64,000 nt of DNA from an uncultured Candidatus Binatia bacterium (GCA_965218425.1 OZ244621.1:3168001-3232000); one strand, 5' to 3'. Positions 51,597 through 61,701 are shown, counted from the first letter of the stretch. Notes: a model not told the origin generated them from the letters alone. A program made the numbers and translations.

Positions 51597-52394
51597 GTAG
51601 AATTTTTATGGTGTGCTTAGGTGTATGGGAATCACCGAGGCGCAGTCCCAACGAATCTCACACAGTCTTCCGCGGTAGTGGGACAATGTTAGTCTTTCCG
51701 ACTTACAAGTGCTCAACGCGTTGTTGTGCGTAGCTGAGCATGGGTGCAAGTGGCACGGACTGCCGAAGCGTTTTGACAACTGGCACACTATCTACACCCG
51801 TATGAATCGCTGGTCCAAGAACGGCGTGTTGAATCACGTCTTTGAGCAGTTGCAGCGCGAGCATATCGTGCGGATCAAAATCGAGGGGTCAAACTGGACT
51901 CGACCACCGTCAAGGTGCATCCGGACGGCACCGGCGCTTTAAAAAAACGGACCGCAGGCCATGGGAAAATCCCGGGGAGGGTGGACTACCAAGATTCATA
52001 AGGTTGCCGCGGATGCTCGAACGGCGATAACCTTTGCTCTCTTGCCGGGCCAAGCCTCCAATGCGGTCCAAGGCCGCGAACTTCCGGGCAGCATCGGATC
52101 GCTGCTGGCACCATTGTATCTCATCATGGACCGTGCCTATCAAGGACAATAAGACTCTCCAACTGGCTCCAGACTCCGGCTTCCTCCCGGTGGTTCCGCC
52201 CAAAAGCACCCGCCTGCAGCCCTGGCGGTACGACAAGGCCATGTACCGCAAGCGCAACGAGATGGAGAGGCTCTTCCGCAGACTCAAAGGCTTCCGCCGC
52301 ATCTTCTCCCGCTTCGATAAACTCGACGTCGTTTTTCTCGCTTTCCTCACCTTCGCTCTGACCGTCGAGGCCTTCCGATAATGTTAACACGCCC
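51580..52394 (+). mobile_element. IS5-family element with a decayed transposase
   Basis: Ends AGGTGTGTTTACA / TGTTAACACGCCC with TA on both sides (CTAG site). Motifs GCKWHGLP..WHTIYTRMNRW, GKSRGGWTTKIH, MDRAY and RLKGFRRIFSRFDK, with an internal TAG and frameshifts. Confidence 0.9.
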
Positions 52395-52396
52395 TA

Positions 52397-52697
52397 GCTG
52401 GAAGGCTGGCTAACAGGGTCCAATTGACCACGGACGGCCACAGGTCTTATCGCGGAAAGGAACAACTTGACCATGCGTATGAGCATGAGGCGATTTACTG
52501 GGCTCACAAACGCTTTCAGCAAAAAACTGGACAACCTACAAGACGCCGTGGCACTGTATTTCATGTATTACAATTTCTGCTGTATCCATAAGACCTTGAA
52601 GGTGACACCCGCGATGGAAGCTGGAGTCTCTGACCATGTATGGGGGATTGGGGAGATTATAGATTTGTTGGACGTGGCCGAAAAGAACGCGGCCTAA
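52397..52697 (+). mobile_element. IS1-like DDE transposase C-terminal remnant
   Basis: RLANRVQLTTDGH, an internal deletion, then ERNNLTMRMSMRRFT.LTNAFSKK..YNFC..HKTL.VTPAMEAG. Confidence 0.8.
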
Positions 52698-52719
52698 TAG
52701 TTTGGTTGTGAGTTAGAGA

Positions 52720-52825
52720 CTAAAAACACTGAAGCCGGTCCTTTTGGGAACCGGCTTCGCACCCTACCCCGCAGGATAGGGGAGATTACCAGACTCACTA
52801 TCTCAGATAGGTACAACGTTGTCAA
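52720..52825 (-). ncRNA. Candidate small RNA with its own promoter and terminator
   Basis: TTGACA(52825-52820)-N17-GATAGT, then two hairpins and TTTTT. Confidence 0.5.
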
Positions 52826-52839
52826 GGGATGATTATTGA

Positions 52840-53476
52840 AAAACCTGTGTAACGGACCAACAGCATCTGTTAATTCTGTCTTCTTTTCATCGGTAAAACG
52901 TACAATAGAGACGTAATCATTCAGTTTGATAGTCTGGACCTCTGTTTCAAAATTGTAGATTGGTGCGTAAGTGGGACCAGTAGATGCTTTTCCCTGCCAG
53001 ATCTTGATGTATTCATCCAGGCAGGTCAAAACCTGCCGCTTTGAAAAATGAATACGGCTATACCCCCTGATCAAATGACGTATTGGATCAATGAGTTCAA
53101 AAATTATACGAGGCCGAAGCTGCTCGAAGCTCGGGTTCTTTACTTCTGACAGTTTAATTTCGGATGCGAGACCAGATTCAAAGAACGCCTTTGCGCAATT
53201 CTGTGAGTCCGTTTCCTGAAACACATCATCATCCGAAGAAGTGGGAATGAACATCTCATACGCTACAACATACTGGGGGACAACAGCCCCATTGCCACCA
53301 CCAAACAGAAAACTATTCACCAGGAATTCTCTGGAGCCGTTTTCCTTGTGTCGCTGGCCTATCGCTTTGAGAATGAGTTTCGAAAACTTCAAATATTGTG
53401 TTTTGAAATTCTCGAGTTCTAGTGAAATACCCATTTTTTGGTTCATGCTGCTCATTTTGTCCCTAACCTCTCCCAT
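52840..53476 (-). pseudogene. Truncated low-GC gene resembling the N-terminal region of ApeA-like HEPN proteins
   Basis: YAPIYNF..IKLNDYVSIVRFTDEKK-type segment. The frame runs on into non-coding hairpin DNA and has no RxxxxH motif. Confidence 0.4.
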
Positions 53477-53746
53477 TACTTGACCGACTTGACTGAAGTG
53501 TTAGCCAGATCCAGAACGGATGTGGCATCATGTGTGGCCGTAACTGGTAATTCCAGATACCACTCATGCGTTACATGCTGATTATAAGTCTTTTTCCCAA
53601 GTGCCGCGGGGCAACGTGGCTACTTCCAGCAGCAACCGGTGCACAAATGCCTGGGAAAGGAAATTGCTAAACTTCGGTAACAGACATTGTCTATACAGGG
53701 ATCATCGCCATGAGACTGGAAACCACATCACACCCTATTTTACTGA

Positions 53747-53775
53747 TTGACAGGAGCGTTCTTAATAGATATAAT
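53747..53775 (+). promoter_or_regulatory. Perfect consensus sigma-70 promoter
   Basis: TTGACA-N17-TATAAT. Confidence 0.85.
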
Positions 53776-53781
53776 ATACTT

Positions 53782-53875
53782 AACCTGATTTAGCTGATCG
53801 GGAATTGAGGTCTTTCCATTAACAAGATGAAAGATTCACAAAATAAAACGGGTGGCCTTTGGGCTGCCCTTTTTT
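53782..53875 (+). ncRNA. Candidate ~95-nt small RNA
   Basis: Lies between the consensus promoter and an intrinsic terminator, has two internal hairpins and no credible ORF. Confidence 0.55.
53850..53875 (+). terminator. Rho-independent terminator
   Basis: GGGTGGCC-TTTG-GGCTGCCC stem-loop followed by TTTTTT. Confidence 0.8.
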
Positions 53876-54227
53876 ATCGTTCATATGATCCAACGAACAA
53901 CACCATGTGTCTCCCATCCAAGCATGGGCTGGGAAAATTGGTGACACCTCCGCCTCTACACAGAGGTATCGGAAAGCAACAGGCGAAACAAGCTCTTGTC
54001 TAAAACCCATCGGAGAGGACTAAGATACATCGGTCGGCGGGATCTGGAAAGCTACGCAAACGGCTTGAAGAGATCGAGGTACATATTCTCAACCGGCAAA
54101 CGTGGCCTTGACCCCTTGCCATCATGCGGCAAGGGATTAAACCGCTCCGGAGCCTGCTGCGTGTCATTGGGGGCCGGAAGACCGCTACCGCTATGCGGAC
54201 GCGCGTGGACGGCAGGAGGATAACGAT

Positions 54228-55073
54228 ATGCGCAAGTCGTTGACGCTGTCGCTGGCCTTAGGGACGGCGTTCTGTCTGGTGAGCAACGGCGTTGGCGCGG
54301 CGCCCGCGGCCGACCCGTGGCCACGGTGGCAGGAACACGACCCTGGCAGCACACGGGCCGTCGACCATTCGCGGTGGCAGGCGTTTCTGAAGAAGTACAT
54401 GGTGGAGACCCATCCTTCCGGGGTCAATCGGGTCCGCTACGGTGACGTCACCGCGAATGACAGAGCCGCACTGGCCGGCTACGTCGCTCGGCTGCAGGAA
54501 GCGCCCATATCGACCTATAACCGCAGCTCACAGAAGGCCTACTGGATCAATCTCTACAACGCCCTGACGGTCAAGGTCGTACTGGAGCATTTTCCGGTGG
54601 GATCCATCAAGGACATCAGCTTGTCCTCCGGTTTCTTCTCAGGGATCTTTGGCGGCGGCCCCTGGCGGGCGAAGCTGGCCGCCGTGGAGGGCGAAGGCTT
54701 GTCTTTGGACGACATCGAACATCGAATCCTGCGCCCGATCTGGCGCGATAATCGAGTCCATTACGCCGTCTGCTGCGCGAGCGTCGGCTGCCCGAACCTG
54801 CAGCCGGAGGCCTTTACGGCGCAAAACCTGGAGCGGCTTCTGACCCACGGCACGCGGGCGTATGTCAACCACCCGAGAGGCGTCTCGCTCCTGAATGGGC
54901 GGCTGCGTGTGTCGAGCATCTATGACTGGTTTCAGCAGGACTTCGGCGGGAGCAGGCGGGCCGTTGTGCAACATCTACGAGATTACGCGAACTCGGGGTT
55001 GCGGGAAAAGCTCGACGGCTATGACGGTAAGCTCGACTATCACTACGACTGGAGCCTGAACGGCCCCCGTTAG
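54228..55073 (+). CDS. DUF547 domain exported protein
   Basis: Signal peptide, AYWINLYNA, LSLDDIEHRILR, RVHYAVCCASVGCP and YDWSLN. Confidence 0.92.
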   Translation: MRKSLTLSLALGTAFCLVSNGVGAAPAADPWPRWQEHDPGSTRAVDHSRWQAFLKKYMVETHPSGVNRVRYGDVTANDRAALAGYVARLQEAPISTYNRSSQKAYWINLYNALTVKVVLEHFPVGSIKDISLSSGFFSGIFGGGPWRAKLAAVEGEGLSLDDIEHRILRPIWRDNRVHYAVCCASVGCPNLQPEAFTAQNLERLLTHGTRAYVNHPRGVSLLNGRLRVSSIYDWFQQDFGGSRRAVVQHLRDYANSGLREKLDGYDGKLDYHYDWSLNGPR

Positions 55074-55126
55074 CGAGACGAGCCGGGAACCTGAAGCGAA
55101 CGGAGCGACTGGAGGAAACGTCGTTT

Positions 55127-55825
55127 ATGAGTCAACGGATCGTCAAAATAGCACTGGTGGTTCTCGTAGCGGCCCTGGTGGCCGGCTTTTTCATCTTCGA
55201 TCTCGGCAGGTACTTCGACCTGGAATTCATAAAAGCTCAGCGGGATGCTTATCAAAGCTACTACGAGCAACGTCCGTCCATTGCCATACTGGCCTACGCC
55301 GCCATCTATATTGCGGTGACGTCGCTTTCGCTTCCAGGCGCCGCGATCCTGACGCTCCTCGGGGGGGCCCTGTTCGGAGTGGTTACCGGCACCGTCGTCG
55401 TTTCATTCTGCAGTACCATCGGCGCGACGGTTTCGTTCCTGGTGGCCCGCTTCCTTTTGCGGGACGCCATTCAGAGCAAGTTCGGAGACAGACTGGAGAC
55501 CATCAACAACGGGATCGCCAAGGAAGGCATATTCTATCTCTTTACCATGCGATTGATTCCGGTGATCCCCTTTTTCGTAATCAATCTCGTGATGGGACTG
55601 ACGCCCATCCGTACGGCGCAATTCTTCTTCGTCAGCCAGCTCGGAATGTTTCCGGGAACGATCGTCTACGTCAACGCCGGGACCCAACTGGTCCAGATCG
55701 ATTCTCTGGCCGGCATCCTTTCACCCCAGCTCATCTTTTCCTTCGTCTTGCTCGGGCTGTTTCCGCTCATCGCAAAAAAATTCGTCGCGCTCGTCAACAG
55801 GAGGAAAAATGCAAAGACGCCGTAG
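55127..55825 (+). CDS. TVP38/TMEM64 (VTT/SNARE-associated) membrane protein
   Basis: SLPGAAILTLLGGALFG, RLIPVIPFFVIN and SQLGMFPGT. Confidence 0.92.
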   Translation: MSQRIVKIALVVLVAALVAGFFIFDLGRYFDLEFIKAQRDAYQSYYEQRPSIAILAYAAIYIAVTSLSLPGAAILTLLGGALFGVVTGTVVVSFCSTIGATVSFLVARFLLRDAIQSKFGDRLETINNGIAKEGIFYLFTMRLIPVIPFFVINLVMGLTPIRTAQFFFVSQLGMFPGTIVYVNAGTQLVQIDSLAGILSPQLIFSFVLLGLFPLIAKKFVALVNRRKNAKTP

Positions 55826-55911
55826 AATACCCGAGAACCGGACGCGCCGCCATTGCCGCGAGGGTCTCCTCACGACGCCGTGCTATTTGGAAAGACTGGG
55901 GGAACGGACTT

Positions 55912-57438
55912 ATGCGTAATATTCCACAGTTGTGGCCGCAGGACGAATACAACGGGGTGCTCGCATCGAACACCCATCCGGCGGATTGGACCAATCCCAC
56001 ACCGGCCGACCGCTACAACCTGGTGGTCATAGGCGCTGGGACGGCCGGTTTGGTCACCGCAGCGGGCGCCGCCGGGTTGGGCGCAAAGGTCGCTTTGATC
56101 GAACGCCACTTTCTCGGAGGAGATTGTCTGAACGTCGGATGTGTCCCGTCCAAGTGCATGATTCGCTCTTCCAGAGTGATTGCGGATATGCGCGAGGCAA
56201 CGCAGTTCGGAATACGCCGGCCGGAAGCGGTCGGGGCGGATTTCGGTGCGGTCATGGAGCGCATGCGCAAAATTCGCTCGCACATCAGCCACCACGATTC
56301 GGTGAAACGCTTTGCCGACCTGGGAATCGACGTGTTCCTCGGAGACGCCCGGTTCTCCGGCCCGGATACCGTGGACGTGGACGGCCAGGCCGTGCGCTTC
56401 AAGAAGGCCGTCATTGCCACCGGGGCCCGGGCCGATCAACCCCGCCCGCCAATCAAGGGTCTCGCGGAAACCGGCTACGTCACCAATGAGACCGTTTTTT
56501 CACTGACCGAACGCCCCGAACGGCTCGCCGTTGTCGGGGCCGGTCCCATCGGCTGTGAATTGGCGCAAACCTTCGAGCGTCTGGGTTGCGAGGTGGTCCT
56601 TTTTCACAGCGGGGGCCACATCCTGAACCGTGAAGACGCCGATGCCGCGGCCATCGTCCAGCAACAATTCCTCCAGGAGGACATCCGGCTGGTTCTTGGA
56701 AGCGAGATCAAGCGGGCAGCAAAAGAAAACGGCCGGAAGGTGCTTTATTTCGAGTCTGCCGGACGGGAAGATTCGGTGGCCGTGGACGAAATACTGGTGG
56801 GGGCTGGTCGTGCTCCAAACGTCGACGGCCTGAACCTCGAGGCCGTGGGAGTCCAATACGACAACCGACGCGGTGTCGTGGTCAATGACTACCTGCAAAC
56901 CACCAACCCGCGAATCTTCGCCGGCGGTGATATCTGCATGGACTGGAAATTCACCCATGCAGCCGATGCGGCCGCCCGCATCATCATTCAGAACGCCCTG
57001 TTCTACAAGAGCAGGAAGCTGAGCTCCCTCATCATGCCCTGGGCCACCTACACGGACCCGGAGATCGCTCATGTCGGGATGTACGAGCATGACGCTCAAA
57101 GTCAAGGGATTGCCATCGATACCTACGTGCGGGAGCTCAAGGAGGTAGACCGGGCCCTGGCGGACGGCGAAGAAAAGGGGTTTGTCAAAATCCACGTCAA
57201 AAAGGGCACCGACAAGATCGTCGGAGGAACCATCGTGGCTCGTCATGCCGGAGAGATGATCAGCGAGATCACCCTGGCCATGGCGGGAAACGTTGGCCTT
57301 GGGACGATTGCCAATGTGGTCCACCCCTATCCCACGCAAGCGGAAGCCATCAAGCAGACCGGGGATGCGTACAACCGAACCCGGCTGACGCCCCTGGTGA
57401 AGAGGCTGTTCCAACGCTGGCTGGCTTGGAACCGCTGA
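55912..57438 (+). CDS. Mercuric reductase-like pyridine nucleotide-disulfide oxidoreductase
   Basis: GAGTAG, GGDCLNVGCVPSK, GAGPIGCE and HPYPT; no C-terminal CC pair. Confidence 0.88.
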   Translation: MRNIPQLWPQDEYNGVLASNTHPADWTNPTPADRYNLVVIGAGTAGLVTAAGAAGLGAKVALIERHFLGGDCLNVGCVPSKCMIRSSRVIADMREATQFGIRRPEAVGADFGAVMERMRKIRSHISHHDSVKRFADLGIDVFLGDARFSGPDTVDVDGQAVRFKKAVIATGARADQPRPPIKGLAETGYVTNETVFSLTERPERLAVVGAGPIGCELAQTFERLGCEVVLFHSGGHILNREDADAAAIVQQQFLQEDIRLVLGSEIKRAAKENGRKVLYFESAGREDSVAVDEILVGAGRAPNVDGLNLEAVGVQYDNRRGVVVNDYLQTTNPRIFAGGDICMDWKFTHAADAAARIIIQNALFYKSRKLSSLIMPWATYTDPEIAHVGMYEHDAQSQGIAIDTYVRELKEVDRALADGEEKGFVKIHVKKGTDKIVGGTIVARHAGEMISEITLAMAGNVGLGTIANVVHPYPTQAEAIKQTGDAYNRTRLTPLVKRLFQRWLAWNR

Positions 57439-57699
57439 GGATGTCCATCCGAAGTCGCCGGCCTGGTCGCGTCACGGCGTGCCGGCGGCTCGCTGCCTGT
57501 CGATAGCAGACTTCCGCGCCCTGCCAGCGCAAACGGATCGCCCCCCAAGCCCCATTCCTCGTAACCGCTGTCCCCATGCGCTAATAGCCCCCGACCCTGT
57601 ATCTCCGCCTTCAATCCCGACGCCGCAGTAGGGGTCACTAGGTTTTTCGGTTAACGCAATATTTCAATAGCGATAACTTGGCCGTAGCGAGGTCCACCA

Positions 57700-57780
57700 A
57701 CGTCACGTCCACCGCGGATCGAGTGCCCAGGTGCCTACTACCACATCATGAGCCGCGGAAGGGTGCGCCAGGGGGTGAAA
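57700..57780 (+). mobile_element. N-terminal remnant of a RAYT/IS200-like Y1 transposase
   Basis: (ACG)SRPPRIECPGAYYHIMSRG matches the MARPLRIEYPGAxYHVxSRG start; the rest is missing. Confidence 0.65.
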
Positions 57781-58224
57781 GAGAAGAACTTTATTTCTAA
57801 GTGGATTAGTCTTGCCTCACGTGATGATTTGCTGGGGTATAGAGAAACAGCAAATGTCCATTTGATTCCGTCAACGTCGGTTGCACTTTCAGAATTCCTT
57901 ATAGAGTGGCAAGCTTCAAAGATGACAAACTGAAGCTCTCAGGTTATCGGAAAAGAGTCCGCGGTAGCTTTGGCGAAGTGATTTTGCGAGACCTCTGCAT
58001 AACACTATAATTTGAAGGGATTGGTCGACAGAAGGGTTTAGGGGAAGGGTTTTCTCGGGCTGTTGCTGTGCAAGGGCTTTGTTTGGGTGGATTTCAGGCT
58101 GTTCAGGCCTGATTTTCCAATATCCGGGCGCACTTATTCCCCATATGCCGCCTCCCGCAGACCATAAAGACGCAGGAACTTGGCGTCATGGAGGCGTTCC
58201 GGTTTTGTTAGCCGGCCTAATGGT

Positions 58225-58959
58225 TCAGTCTCGTGGGCCAGTCCTGATGTTCAGGCGACCGTCCTTTAGATTGACCAGCTGCCCCGAGACCTCCATGCCA
58301 GCCTCGGCTGCCAACAGGAAACGGTCGCCCATATCTGCGGGGGACTTCATGCGCCTGCGCGCTTCCTCGGGTGCATCCTCCGTGGCGAAGGGACCTTCCG
58401 GGGCCACGATGACAACGCATATATTGGACTCGTGAACCTCATCGGCTACCATGCGGGTAAAACTACGGATGGCCTCCTTCGTGACCACGTAGGCGCAAGC
58501 CCCGGGTTCGCTCCCACCGCCGTGGACGTTTAGGATATGCCCGGACCGCCGTTTTTCCATATAGGGGATTACATGTTTCGTGCAGAGAAAGGTGCCACCC
58601 AAAGTGGTTTGGATGGCTCTTTCCCAAAATGTTTTTTCCATGTCACGGATCAAAGCCCACTTTGGCACTCCCCAATTAAAGTGGGGGACGATTGCCGCGT
58701 TATTGACTAGAACATCAATCTGTCCAAAGCGGCTGGCCACTTGAGCGATGAACTCGCGGACTTCGTCTTCGTTTCTGACGTCCACCCTGGCGCTCAGCGC
58801 GCCCGAGGTCATGCCCTCAAGCTCCTTGCCTGTTTGTTCCAGTCGGGCGGTGTCGATGTCGGCGATGGCCACCTTGGCGCCTGCCTTGGCAAACCCATGG
58901 GCGATATAGCGGCCGATGCCTTTGGCTCCCCCCGTTACTATGGTTACCTGTCCTTGCAT
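58225..58959 (-). CDS. SDR family oxidoreductase (copy 3)
   Basis: TGGAKGIG, VNNAA and YVVTK. Confidence 0.9.
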   Translation of the reverse strand: MQGQVTIVTGGAKGIGRYIAHGFAKAGAKVAIADIDTARLEQTGKELEGMTSGALSARVDVRNEDEVREFIAQVASRFGQIDVLVNNAAIVPHFNWGVPKWALIRDMEKTFWERAIQTTLGGTFLCTKHVIPYMEKRRSGHILNVHGGGSEPGACAYVVTKEAIRSFTRMVADEVHESNICVVIVAPEGPFATEDAPEEARRRMKSPADMGDRFLLAAEAGMEVSGQLVNLKDGRLNIRTGPRD

Positions 58960-59006
58960 TTTGTCCTCCCTTTCCTGGTCAGAGGGGGTCTCAATTGCCC
59001 GCGTAT

Positions 59007-59732
59007 TTAGGGTTCCCTGACCTTCAAACTGCCGTCCGTAAACGTGAGCAGTTTCCCTGACATCTCCATGTCGGCCTGGGCAGCCAGGTTGAAGCGATTG
59101 CCCAACGATTCCAATCCCGGGAGTCGCTTGCGCGCTTCCTCCGGCGCGTACTCCGTGGCCACTGCGCCCTCCGGGGCATGAGCCACCACGCAAATGTTCG
59201 CCTCCCGTACCTCCTCGGCCACCATACGAGTAAAGGCGCGAATGGCCTCCTTCGAGACGACATAGGCACAGGCACCGATGTCACGCCCGCCGCCGAACAG
59301 GTTCACGATATGCCCGGATCGCCGCTTTTCCATGTAAGGGATTACGTGTTTGGTGCAGAGGAAGGTGCCGCCCAGGTTGGTCTCGATAACCCGGTCCCAG
59401 AAGCTTTTGTCCATGTCTCGAATGGCAGCCCACTTCGGTACTCCCCAACTAAAGTGAGGAACTAAAGCTGCACAATTGACCAGGACGTCGATCTGCCCGA
59501 AGCGGCTGGCCACTTGATCGATATACCCACGGACCTCGTTTTCACTCCTGACATCGACTCTGGCACTCATCGCCTGGGATGTCATGCCATCCAGCTCCTT
59601 TTGCGTCCGTGCCAATAGCTCCGTGTCGATGTCGGCGATGGCCACCTTGGCGCCCGCCTTGGCGAATCCATGGGCGATATAGCGCCCGATGCCCCTGGCA
59701 CCGCCGGTCACTATGGTTGCTTTGTCTCGCAT
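59007..59732 (-). CDS. SDR family oxidoreductase (copy 2)
   Basis: TGGARGIG and YVVSK. Confidence 0.9.
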   Translation of the reverse strand: MRDKATIVTGGARGIGRYIAHGFAKAGAKVAIADIDTELLARTQKELDGMTSQAMSARVDVRSENEVRGYIDQVASRFGQIDVLVNCAALVPHFSWGVPKWAAIRDMDKSFWDRVIETNLGGTFLCTKHVIPYMEKRRSGHIVNLFGGGRDIGACAYVVSKEAIRAFTRMVAEEVREANICVVAHAPEGAVATEYAPEEARKRLPGLESLGNRFNLAAQADMEMSGKLLTFTDGSLKVREP

Positions 59733-59752
59733 TTTGTTTGTCCTCCCAAAAA

Positions 59753-60481
59753 CTACCAAGGGTCAATTATGTTCAAGCGCCCATCCTTTAGGTTCACCAG
59801 TTTCCCTGACATCTCCATGCCGGCCTGTGCGGCCAAGACGAACCGATTGCCCAGGGATTCCACCCCCGGAACCTGCTTGCGTGCCTCCTGCGGGGAATAG
59901 TCGAAGGAGACTGAATGCTCGGGTGATACGGTGACAACGCATATGTTGTCTTCGCGCACCTCTTCAGCCACCATACGGCTAAAGGTCCGTACGGCTTCTT
60001 TGGTAACCACGTAGGCGCAGGCCCCGATATTTCCCCCGCCACCGTGCATGTTCACGATATGACCCGATTTGCGTTTTTCCATGTAGGGAATCACGTGTTT
60101 GGTGCACAGAAACACGCCCCCTAGATTGGTCTGGATGACCCGGTCCCAGAAGGATTTCTCCATGTCCCTTATGACGGGCCATTTGGGCACACCCCAACTG
60201 AAGTGGGGAACGATTCCCGCACAGGTGACCAAGATGTCGATCTGGCTGAAGCGATCGGCAGCACGGGCCATAAGATCCTTTACTTCGTTCTCATTGGTTA
60301 TATCGGCCTTAACACTGAAAGAATCCGAGGTCATGCCCTCCAGCTCCTTTTGCGTCCGTGCCAATAGCTCCGTGTCGATGTCGGCGATGGCTATCCGAAC
60401 ACCTTCCCTGGCTAACCCCTGGGCAATGTAGCGCCCTACTCCTTTGGCCCCGCCGGTTACCACGGCTGCTTGTCCGCGCAT
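59753..60481 (-). CDS. SDR family oxidoreductase (copy 1)
   Basis: TGGAKGVG and YVVTK. Confidence 0.9.
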   Translation of the reverse strand: MRGQAAVVTGGAKGVGRYIAQGLAREGVRIAIADIDTELLARTQKELEGMTSDSFSVKADITNENEVKDLMARAADRFSQIDILVTCAGIVPHFSWGVPKWPVIRDMEKSFWDRVIQTNLGGVFLCTKHVIPYMEKRKSGHIVNMHGGGGNIGACAYVVTKEAVRTFSRMVAEEVREDNICVVTVSPEHSVSFDYSPQEARKQVPGVESLGNRFVLAAQAGMEMSGKLVNLKDGRLNIIDPW

Positions 60482-60523
60482 ATTATCTTCCTTTCCTGTT
60501 CCTCACCGCCTCAGGTTTCGTCC

Positions 60524-61585
60524 TCATAAGGCGTAGAGCCGCTTTGCGTTGTCGTACAGAATCTTGTCGATGATATCGGGTGCCACAGTGCCCTTGGTTC
60601 TAAGATTGCGCAACGCCTTGAGCTCAGCGGAGGTGTCGTTGTGTCCGTAGTCTGAGCCGATGACGATGTTATCCTCACCCGCACACTCGAGAATATTGGG
60701 CAGGTCGTCGGCAGTCTGGCATGCCACGAACATGCGGTTCTCTTTCAACAGGTCGGCCCCGGGCCATCGGATGCCGCGTTTGCGAAACCGAATCTCCAAG
60801 TCATTCATTGCGTATGGTATCCACTGTGCGCTGACTTCTATGAATCCCCATCTGAGATCCGGGAACATGGCGGGGACTTGTTTCATAATCAGGTCATGGA
60901 AGGCCCCCACCACCGGGAGTTTGAAGGTGGAAAAGCCTGAATCCTGGCCGAAGATCTCGTGCATGGCAAAGCTTCCTGAGGTGGCATGAACACAGGCGGG
61001 CATATCGAGCTTCTCGGCCTCTTGGTAAAGCGGGAAGAAGTAGGGGGTAGAGAGACGGCGATCGCTCTCCACACCATGCAACATGAAGGCGCAGGCGCCG
61101 TGCTCCTTTGCCCAGCGCAGCTCCTCGAGGGATTTGTCCATACTCAATAGGGGAAGGACGGCCGCCCATCGGAGGCGTCCCTTCCCTTTCCGCCAGATAT
61201 CTCCCATCCAACGGTTGTAGCTCCGGTGCAGGGCCACCTCCACCTCGGGCCGGCGGGTCAGCGGGCTCAACAGGCTTGGGTAGAGGACGTGGATGTCGAC
61301 ACCCAATTCGTCCATGTGGGCAAGGCGCGCCTCGATGTCCGAAGCCTCCCGGGCCCCCGGTGACATCTCGTTGCTCACGAAACCGGACTGCTTGGAATAA
61401 ACCCTACCGTCGATGATCCAAAACTCCTGGATCTCACGAGCAGTCCCTGTGAACCCCGTAAGGCTTACGGCGCGGCCGTGTTTCGGAACCACAACTACCG
61501 GCCTGAAGGCCTGTTCTTCTTCCGCTATAAAATCCCAGGTGTGCTCGTTTTCTATCACATGGGCATCGGCATCGATGATCTGCAT
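60524..61585 (-). CDS. Amidohydrolase family 2 protein
   Basis: IIDADAHVIE, RLAHMDELGVD..LYPS, YNRW, CVH and GSDYGH. Confidence 0.92.
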   Translation of the reverse strand: MQIIDADAHVIENEHTWDFIAEEEQAFRPVVVVPKHGRAVSLTGFTGTAREIQEFWIIDGRVYSKQSGFVSNEMSPGAREASDIEARLAHMDELGVDIHVLYPSLLSPLTRRPEVEVALHRSYNRWMGDIWRKGKGRLRWAAVLPLLSMDKSLEELRWAKEHGACAFMLHGVESDRRLSTPYFFPLYQEAEKLDMPACVHATSGSFAMHEIFGQDSGFSTFKLPVVGAFHDLIMKQVPAMFPDLRWGFIEVSAQWIPYAMNDLEIRFRKRGIRWPGADLLKENRMFVACQTADDLPNILECAGEDNIVIGSDYGHNDTSAELKALRNLRTKGTVAPDIIDKILYDNAKRLYAL

Positions 61586-61701
61586 AGGTAGAGGCCCTCC
61601 CTGTCACTTTAGTGTGAGTTAACCCCTATGCAATACCGATATTTCTGTTAGAATGTCAATGGGTATAAGGTAGGCGAAGCCATAGGAGACATGGGACCAT
61701 C

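Noticed and set aside
56500..57414. 304-aa minus-strand ORF and similar long antisense ORFs over secA, gatB, serS and acnA
   Set aside because: Shadow ORFs produced by codon bias in well-supported opposite-strand genes.
55912..57438. True merA / mercury resistance operon
   Set aside because: No C-terminal CC pair, no NmerA domain, and no merR/T/P.
57630..57670. GGGGTC... as a Tn3-family inverted repeat
   Set aside because: The match is limited to the first bases, with no partner end or Tn3 transposase.
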